DNA of 64,000 nt from NCBI GenBank assembly GCA_965153355.1, contig OZ231126.1, positions 21,576,001 through 21,640,000 on the forward strand, given 5' to 3'. Both the position numbers and the translations under genes were made by a program. The notes beneath the pieces were generated by a model, which was not told where the DNA came from, did no database searches, and saw only the letters and a program-made list of their open reading frames with translations. Positions 55,742 through 64,000 of this stretch are shown here, in pieces (the stretch's first letter is position 1; the number at the start of each line of letters is the position of its first letter). The stretch comes from Flaccisagitta enflata (Eukaryota).

Positions 55742-57007
55742 CTTCCTACCTTCTTTCCTTCCCTCCTTCTATTCTTCCTTCCTCACTTCCTTCCTTCCTT
55801 CCTCCCTTCCTTGTTTCCTTCCTCCCTTCCTTGTCTCCTTCCTCCCTTCTATCCCTCTTTCTTTCCTTCCTGCATTCCTTCCTTCAAATCTCTCATTCCT
55901 TACTTTCTATACCTCCATCCCGTCTTTCCCGCTTTCTTTCCTATCTCCCTACCTTTCTCCCTTTCTTCCATTCCTCCCCTCCTTCTTCCTTCCCTCTTTC
56001 TGGCTTTCCTCTATTTCTTCCTTCCTCCTTTTTGGGCAACGGCCCAGCAGGGGCCGATGACCTATACTTTCACACATATGGTAGATTTTCTCCTTCTCCT
56101 TCCCCTCCTCCTCCTCCTCCTCCTCCTCCTCCTCCTCCTCCTCCTCCTCCTCCTCCTCCAAACCCGGCCTCAAGGCCCCAATCATAGCCATAAGGCCCTG
56201 ATTCCAGCCTCAAGGCTCCAATCCCAGCTTCAAGGCTCCAATCCCAGCCTAGAGGCTCTAATCTCTGCAAATGAGGCTCTGATCCCAGCCTAGAGGCTCC
56301 AATACCAGCCTCGAGGCTCCAATCCCAGCCTCAAGGCTCTAATTCCAGCCTCGGGGCGCCAACCCCACCCCAAGGCTCCAACCCCAATCTCGAGGCTTCA
56401 ATTCCAGCGTGGAGGCTCTAGACTTGTTCATCTCCTTCAGCCTGGTTCATCTGCAGATTCTGTGGCCGCACCTTGAGGTTGATAAAGGTACATAAAATAA
56501 CCCACGGACAACATTTAGACACTTATTGGACAACTTGGGGGCATTTCCCGACAACCCTCACAAAACCCTTTTTAAACCTGATACCTAAAACAAAACTTCA
56601 ACTATTGAACACCATATAAATACAAATTGACACCTTAATTCTTTGAACTACACTCTACAGCGTTATTTAGGATGGATATAATTTTTTTGAAAAAATATCT
56701 GCAAACAGCATTGTTATACTGCTCAATTCACAAGTGTAGAGGCGAGTACAAGCCCTTTTGTCCGCGTAATTATTGTTAGTCTTGGACTCTGGGTATTTCA
56801 AATCCCAAAATAATGATGTTTTTCCATGCGGCAGAAAAAAGGTCATTATTTCAGGTCATTATTTCAGGTCTTACAGTGCTGAACAACCTTAGTATTGCAT
56901 CTCACTGAAGAGGTACCGGTTTTAAACGACTGATGTTTTCACCAGAATTCTTATACAGGAAACTCCCATTACAGAAGGAAAAGAGGTTAAAAACTCATTT
57001 TGTAAAA

Positions 57008-57935
57008 AACAAGGCCGGATACACGGCTATCCTAGTCGCGTGCGGGTGGGCAGGAGCAGTGCTGGAGAAGATCACTAGGGCATCTGGGCAAGAGCCGTAT
57101 GCTCAAAAAGCTCAAAAACGCCGAAAAAGTAATAGTCGCAAAAGCGTTAGATGGTCAGCGGTACCCGTTGCCCCTATGTGAGTGTATGATGGTGTGAGGT
57201 AGTTAGAGGGCCAGCGGCCCCGAAGGGGCCGATGACCTATGCTGTTTTTATTTGAGCTTCAAAGCTTGAGGCTGGCATATGAGCCTTGCAGCTGGGATTT
57301 GAGCCTTGGGGCTGGGAATAGAGCCTCGAGCTAATATTTGAGCTTCAAGGCTGGGATTTGAGCTTTGAGGCTAGAATTTGGGCCTCAAGACCACAATTTG
57401 GGCCTCAAGGCTGGGATTTGAGTCTGGAGACTGGGATTTGAGCCTGGTGACTGGGATTTGAGCCTCGTGACTGGGATTTGAGCCTCGTGACTGGGATTTG
57501 AGTCTCATGACTGGGATTTGAGCTTAGAGGCTTGGGTTTGAGCCATGAGGCTGGGATTTGAGCCTCATGGCTGAGATTTGAGCCTCGAGGCAGGATTTGA
57601 GCCTCAGGGCTAGATTTTGGGCCTATTGGCTGGAATTTGGGCCTCAAGGCTAGAATTTGGGCCTCAAGGGTAGAATTTGGATCTCTGGGGTGAAATATAG
57701 GCCTTACAGCTAGAATTTGGGCCTCGGGACTAGAATTTGGGCCTCCAAGCTGGGGGGGGGGTACGGACGGACGTAGGAGGAGGAGAAGGAGAAATTTCTG
57801 CATATGTGAAAGCTTAGGTCATCGGCCCCTTCAGGGCCGCTGCCCAAAAAGGGGACCGACCAACCAACCGACCGACCAACCGATTGACCGACCGACCGAC
57901 AAAGCGGGGTGTAAAGTCGCGTAGCACTTGACTAA
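57008..57935 (-). mobile_element. HINE family 2 (57131-57850) nested inside a HINE family 1 copy
   Basis: The family-1 3' end (57008-57130) and 5' end (57851-57935) are split by a complete reverse family-2 element carrying a (GAGGCTGGGATTTGAGCCT)-like array. Confidence 0.7.
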
Positions 57936-58172
57936 CAATTATTAGTCTGATAAAACAACAATAGAGCCTTCAAAAAAGAACTGGTCCTGATGTTGCGACT
58001 GTGTTGTCACAGGTAGTGGTGACCTGGCTTGGTTACACTGACCAAGTCACGGAACTGATGTGTGCTTTACTGTTGAAGGAACATCTAGACGTTATCAGTT
58101 CGAGAAAAGTATCGGCGTTATTTTTTTCAATCACAAAATCTAGTTCTTGTTTGCACAATTCGTGTTGGTTCA

Positions 58173-58396
58173 TTTTTAGTCGCGTGCTACGCGACTCTAC
58201 ACCCCGCTTTGTCGGTCCGTCGGTCCGTCCGTCGGTCCGTCCGTCGGTCCGTCCGTCCGTCCGTCCGTCACACTTTACTTTTTCGGCGTTCATGGGGTTT
58301 TTGGCTATACCGCTCCTGCCCAAATGCTCCACTGACCTCAAATATGGCCCCTGCCCACCCGCACGCGACTGGGGTAGCCGTGTATCCGGCCATGTT
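58173..58396 (+). mobile_element. HINE/DINE-1-like non-autonomous Helentron, family 1 (reference copy)
   Basis: 5' T-run plus AGTCGCGTG-CTA-CGCGACT hairpin, (GTCC/GTCG)n microsatellite, 3' CACGCGACT subTIR, GCCG-TGTATC-CGGC stem-loop and TGTT end. Related copies at ~530, 1190, 4278, 6770, 14080, 14680, 16780, 23147, 24878, 25025, 28148, 28412, 35945, 40568, 43200, 55380 and 57008. Confidence 0.75.
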
Positions 58397-59203
58397 CTAA
58401 TACGGAGCTCTATCATTTTTACGAGGAAAACAAAAACGTAGGTTTGTATGGTTGACTTTTTTTTTCTTAAGTAGGCTATATAACGGACTGATCTAACCAA
58501 TTGTTTGTAAGCGACATTCACCACTATGAGATACATTTTATTGAAAATTACAGTAGACTTTTTTTCCCTATGCTTCATCCCAAAAGAAGCTCAGCAAACG
58601 TCCCGTGTTACAGAAAATAGCCGGAACATACTGTCTTACCGACTTACCCCCAAAAAAGTTTCCTTCTAAAAACAACTTTGAAAGAAAATTGCTCCTAAAC
58701 AAATGAAGCAACATCATTTTAGCTTGGTCCCATCGTTAAGAATTGTTCAAACTCCTCAAAATTATACAAATCTCGGTTTGCGCGTTAATTTGTTATGGAG
58801 CACTACTCTTTAAAGCTGTTTTCAAGTGGAAACCTTTTTTTCTGAGATTAGTACAGTAAAATCCGGCTCTAATGGATTTCATGAAGAAAAAAATTCTGTT
58901 TCAAGTGGAATTTCGTTTGAGCCACAATAAGAAATTAGAAGAAACATGTTGAAGGGACTATGAATTTAAGAATTTGCATCCATGAATTCCGTTGATGGCG
59001 GGTCCGTCAGAGCGAGGTTTAACTGAATTTGGAGCATCTCCTAACGGCATCAATGCTGTCATATGAGAATTCATCACATTATTTGATTTGGTACATTGCA
59101 GCGAAAAGAAAAAGAATATTGTCAATAACCAATCCAATGGTTGAAAACTAGGTTGAAAAATCTTCGAATAACTAATGCTTCTTAGTGATTTAGTGATACA
59201 TGA

Positions 59204-61385
59204 CTATGAGTCGCTAGATTGACTAGATTCGCATCGGAAGCGAGTGCAGAAGTTGACAAAGGCCCTTTTAAAGCTACGAGAAAAAGCGAGATAGATGAAT
59301 AAATTGAAAGTAGAATTGGCCATTATCATGAAATTGGTCAAGATAGCCAAAGTCTTGATTCTTCCTTGATTCTTTAGAAATAGAGAAGTGAAATAATCGA
59401 TGATAAACGGAATTTGACATAAGCAATAAACGATCGCCACGGACGCGACTAAATTCGAAAATTGTTCTATGGATGACGAAGACGAAAAGATGAAATTCCC
59501 GCCACTGTCGTCGTTGTCGTCAACGCCGCGACAACAACGACATCTTCCGGTTTTGTAGAGAATAAACGCCGCCAAAGTCGTCATGACGGCGATGATGACG
59601 CCCAAGTAAACAAGGAGAAATACAGTGGCGCCGATCGCGTGGCCCCGCGTCATCAATTCACGAAAAATGACCCACAACGCCGCCGGCGACAACGCCTAAA
59701 AGCAGCGTCTCGGTCAGAATCCGGTGCGTGGATTTGCGGAGCGAATTTTGAGCGCCACGGAAGCTGGAAACGGCGGCGGCGCGGGCGGCAGTGATAAACA
59801 GCGTCAACCATCGATTGTTGCCTACGACGCCTTAATAGTAAGGACGGGAAGGGAAGATATGCATGGGGTTGGTTCCCATTTCCTTAACGTTAATGTCTGA
59901 TGGATAAATCATTATGATGACAGGAAAAGGGATATTGAATGTCGCATTCAAAAGAAATCGCTTAGTGTTTCCCGATGCCATTATTTCTCATCTACTTAGT
60001 TACTAGACATTGCATCTAGGTTAATGAGGCAGCGGCCCCGGAGACGCCAATAACCTTTGATTACTCTCCGACAAGCTGTAAAATGAGAGGGCTTGCTTGT
60101 GACGTGGGAGGGCGGGCTAAAGGTTTGATTTGAGGCCTGGGAAGTCTGATTGGAAGGTTCAACCGGCTGATAAAGCCCTAGTAGAGCTAACACGAGGCAT
60201 AAGAGGTATCTGAGGCCAGGGAGGGTCAACATAATGCTTTGAGGCCTGGGGGGCTGATTTAAAGCCAAAGAGCTTATCTTAGGCATAAGGGAGCTGATTT
60301 GAGGCATGAGGGCCGAGGGGGCTGACTTGAGGCATAGGAGGGCTATCTTGAGGCCTGAGAGAGCTGGCTCAAGGTTTTTGGGGGGTGATTTGATGTTTGG
60401 CTGAGAATATTTAACATCACGCAAGACCTTGGAAGGCTGATGGGAAGCTTGAGAGCTGATTTTAGGCTTGTGTGATTTTGATAAAGGCTTGGGGCCTTCA
60501 GGGCCTGATTGAAGGTCAAAAAAGACTGGGAATGCTCATTTGAGGCTTGAGAGGGTGTATCTTAAGGCTTGAGGGGCTGGGAGGCCTGTTAGATCCTCTT
60601 TTTGGGCAGCGGCCCCAAAGGGCCGATGTCCTGTAGGACACAGGGGTGAATTTCCAGACGTCCGTCCATACGTCCGTCCGTCTGTCCATCCGTCCCCCCT
60701 CATGTTAATTTGCGGCCTTCAAATTATATGTAAGGGAAAGGCTTGAGGGGGCTAATTTCAGGCCTGAGAGAACTGACTTGAGGCCTGGGAGGTCGGGCTT
60801 GATGACTGAGAGGGATGACTTGAGGCCTGGGGAATGAGTTGAGGTTTGGCTGAGTATATTTATGATCAGGTTGGGCATATTTGGAGTCTGGGAGGGCTGA
60901 TTGGAAGCTTGTGAATTGATTTGAGGTCTTGAAGACCTGGGAGGGCTCATTTAAGGTCAATCTGAGGCTCAATGAATAATCATCATAGATTCTTCTGGTT
61001 TGTCCCACTTGAAAGAGAAAATCCAATTCTTTCTTAGCTTTTAACAAAAATTTTTTTTTATTCATGGTTGGAAAATGGATCAACTCGCTAAAATTGTCTA
61101 AAATCAAATTGATTAAAAACTTTATTGTTACCCCACGTTTCAAAAAGTCGGGTTTTTTCTTCAACATTCCTTTTAGCTACCTGTGAGGGTGTAAAACCAA
61201 CAACGGAATGACGCTGAATCGCCGAATGAATCCGGAAGTAAACTGACGTCACCGAGGGACTGATAAAAGACGCCGAGACTGAGATACACGACACCAACGG
61301 CCAAATCGGAAAAGGCCAAACTCAAAAGGTGAATCTGAGCTTGAGCGCGAGGATTGCGACCTGACGTTACGGGGCGCAATAAACG

Positions 61386-61462
<77 letters not shown>

Positions 61463-61676
61463 GAAATGCCGTGGTGGAGGCGTCTTGTCGACGCGTAAGT
61501 CGCCGTTGATTGAAGATGACGGCGATGATGAGCGAGTTAAAGATGATGGAAGCGGACGCCAAAGTCAACGTTGACGGATGCCCGATCGAAGAAAGGATCT
61601 CCAAGGCTCTTGTCTTGGACGTTGAGTTGGAAGATGATTTGAACATTGTTGAGGCTGTTGACGAGTTGGTCATCAT
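59204..61676 (-). CDS. Rhodopsin-type (peptide-receptor/Srw-like) GPCR, 2 exons, ~373 aa, with a 1-nt frameshift (pseudogene or sequencing error)
   Basis: Exon 1 is 61676-61181 (N-glycosylation sequons NSS/NST, TM1 SIIFNSLIIAVIF, 26-Gln tract, TM2 HLLSLAFSDLAVG). Exon 2 is 59830-59204 (TM3 NNRWLTLFITAARAAAV, TM4, TM5, TM6 VAIVYCLCQIPFII, TM7 ANSTFNLFIYLAFSRSFKRAF). One extra base between ~59698 and 59659 shifts the frame after TM4. Confidence 0.8.
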
Positions 61677-62259
61677 GCCAACCTGTCGCCAAAAAAAATT
61701 TCCCTTCCCCTTCTACAATTTCAATGGAACCTCGCTTAGTCTGGAATCAATTTCATAGGGGTCTGGAATTCCAACTGTGTAATCTAGTTTTAGCCTATGA
61801 AGAAATCATGTAGATATATTCGAGGTTTAGATGGATCCCAACAATTGGCAAAATCCTACGAGCACTCGCGTACGACTGTTCGAATGAAACATTGCTTGAA
61901 GCATTCCTGGACAAACATGCGGGTTTTCTAAAAAAAAAATGGAATGACACCCAAATTGACTTTATCGAATTATTGACTTGTGAGTCATCATCAAAGTATG
62001 GTCCAACACATAAAAGAAAGAAAAGAATTAATGGAGGAATTTTGAAGACTTCATGATCCGACCTTGATGTCACCAAGAGCTGACCCGAAGCTGTCCTAAA
62101 TGCTAAATATCAAATATGTCATAAAATAATATCAACCGTCCAAAGACCAACTGTTCTTTTGTTTCCGTCAATATTTTTTCCAATTCTTCCGTCATTTTTG
62201 GACGTCGCTTGTCCTAGGTTCACTTGAAACAAAAGGTTCTGTCCTATGAGAATCCAAAG

Positions 62260-62740
62260 ACACTTTTTTTTATAAGAACGTCATTTTTTTGGGCAAGCTT
62301 TCAATGTTTTTAAATTTTGAGCTGTTTCAAAGCTTAAATGTTGTTAGACTGTTCTTAATTTAAACAAAGTTTTTAACCTCAACTAAGAACGTTCTTAATT
62401 AGTTGAGTTTGTCATTAAGGAGAAAATGAAGGAAAATATTAATAAAACAACAAAGCAGCAGGTCTAAACATTTCAACTAAATAATAATATCAATAAAAGT
62501 AGAAAGATACAAACTATATAAAGTGAGACATGTGTCGCTGTACAGAAAAGATACAACATCTGTCTATTTACAAATAACAATTGATTAAAAAAAAGCCTAG
62601 AAAAAATGCTCTTAAATTTAAAAGATTTTAGGCCTAATGTTCTTAAATTTTTGAAGAAATGAAGCATTCCAATGTTCTTAGCATGTTCTTGAGTTTTGAT
62701 GGTTTGAAGCCTAACATTCTTATAAACTTGGTTCTTATTA
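62260..62740. mobile_element. MITE family A (reverse), with its end abutting a HINE
   Basis: acactttttttataagaacgtcatttttttgggcaagc...ggttcttatta followed by aacaaggccaacacctataagtcgcgtgc. Confidence 0.7.
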
Positions 62741-62849
62741 AACAAGGCCAACACCTATAAGTCGCGTGCAGGACAAAAATAACTGAACTGACTTGACTCC
62801 TTATTGTATCTTTTTATCGAAAATCAGACTTAAACGCAACCCAAAAAGA

Positions 62850-63388
62850 CCCAAACCAGACTCAAACCAGACCCAAACCAGACTCCAACCAGACTCAAAC
62901 CAGACTCAAACCAGACTCAAACCAGAATTAAACCAGACCAAAACCAGACCTAAATCAGACATAAACCAGACATAAACCAGACATAGACCAGATTTAAGCC
63001 AGACTCAAACCAGACTCAAACCAGACTCAAACCAGACTCAAACCATACCTCAAACCAGACTCAAAACCAGACTCAACCAGACTCAAACCATCAAACCAGA
63101 CTCAAACCAGACTCAAAATCCAGACTCAAACCAGACTTAAACCAGACTGAAACCAGGCTCAAACCAGGCTCAAACCAGGGTCTCCAAAACCAGATCTCCT
63201 CAAACCAGACTCAAACCAGACTCAAAAACCAGATTCAACCAAGAATTAAACCAGAATTAAACCAGACCGAAACCAGACTAATCAGACATAAACCAGACAT
63301 AGACATGTTCAAGATTTAAGCCAGACTCAAACAGACTCAAACCAGACTCAAACCAGACTCAACCAGACTCAAACCAGACTAAAACCAG
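62850..63388. repeat. 11-bp minisatellite (AAACCAGACTC)n following a HINE end
   Basis: Direct inspection; preceded by the HINE terminus at 62741-62770. Confidence 0.9.
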
Positions 63389-64000
63389 TTTTCCTGATAT
63401 GATTACGCTAATGATCGAATTAAAACATAATATTTCACCATCGATCATCAATAACTCCATATGGCGCTGAGATAATAATTTGATACCAGATAATTGTTTT
63501 TGAAGATATTTATCACTGGTTGGTAATATCGAGGTTAACTGAAATAATTAATGGCAGGAAAGAACGACCATCACCATCAGGACTCGTGATTTATCCAATT
63601 TGGTAAATACGAAGTGAAAAATGTTTTGAAAAATATCAACGATGACTCACATTGTAATTTGTATATCCACAAACGTTTGTGATAGGTAACTGGATGATGA
63701 TACAATAAACCGACCGTGAGGCTATGAACCTGCCGTTTCATTTGCATGCTGTTCCAGCCGACTATGCTTTACTGTACTTTGGTATGATATACATGGATGA
63801 AACGTATTATTTTGAAACATTATCATGTTGAGAGACTTTTCACTAATTGCTCAACAGAATGAGACTCCTCTTATATAAGATAAACACAAAAACTAATTAT
63901 TGAATAACAATTTAAAACCATATAATACAACTATAATTTTCACTAAAAGTTTAATATTTACGATGCTCGTGAAATTTCTGCCACTTGTAGACCTCTAACC

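Noticed and set aside
61795-63880. Possible degenerate second GPCR upstream of the main one (e.g. LCFNSIISVIIS near 63400-63430)
   Set aside because: Only short hydrophobic fragments with many stops; the similarity is too weak to support.

Overview
Repeat-rich, AT-rich eukaryotic (animal-like, probably invertebrate) genomic DNA with GT-AG introns and the standard genetic code. Most entries in the ORF track are microsatellite or repeat artefacts. By manual splicing I recovered the following genes. (1) A 10-exon secreted neuropeptide-type precursor (+16418..19283, 292 aa). What looks like a ~320-bp satellite is an array of exon+intron units, and each repeat exon encodes one copy of GWNPGPLDSLGGGVL-G-KK, a pedal-peptide/orcokinin-B-like peptide predicted to be amidated. 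(2) An intact 5-exon, 1049-aa Sola2-type DDD transposase gene (-25746..21057) with no TIRs that I could see. (3) Two tandem 3-exon paralogs of a small secreted protein made of a signal peptide, a helical/coiled-coil segment and a 6-Cys 'EYLDRQ' domain (-43065..39932 and -49850..45658). (4) A 4-TM MS4A/tetraspan-like ORF (+7471..7944) followed in frame, past a single TAG, by a second homologous unit that is interrupted by stops. (5) A two-exon rhodopsin-type GPCR (-61676..59204) with a 26-Gln tract and a 1-nt frameshift. The rest consists of at least three Helentron-associated (HINE/DINE-1-like) families, many TA-flanked MITEs, a non-autonomous hAT element with an 8-bp TSD, minisatellites and microsatellites. 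All gene models come from reading the sequence by eye and need RNA-seq and homology confirmation.
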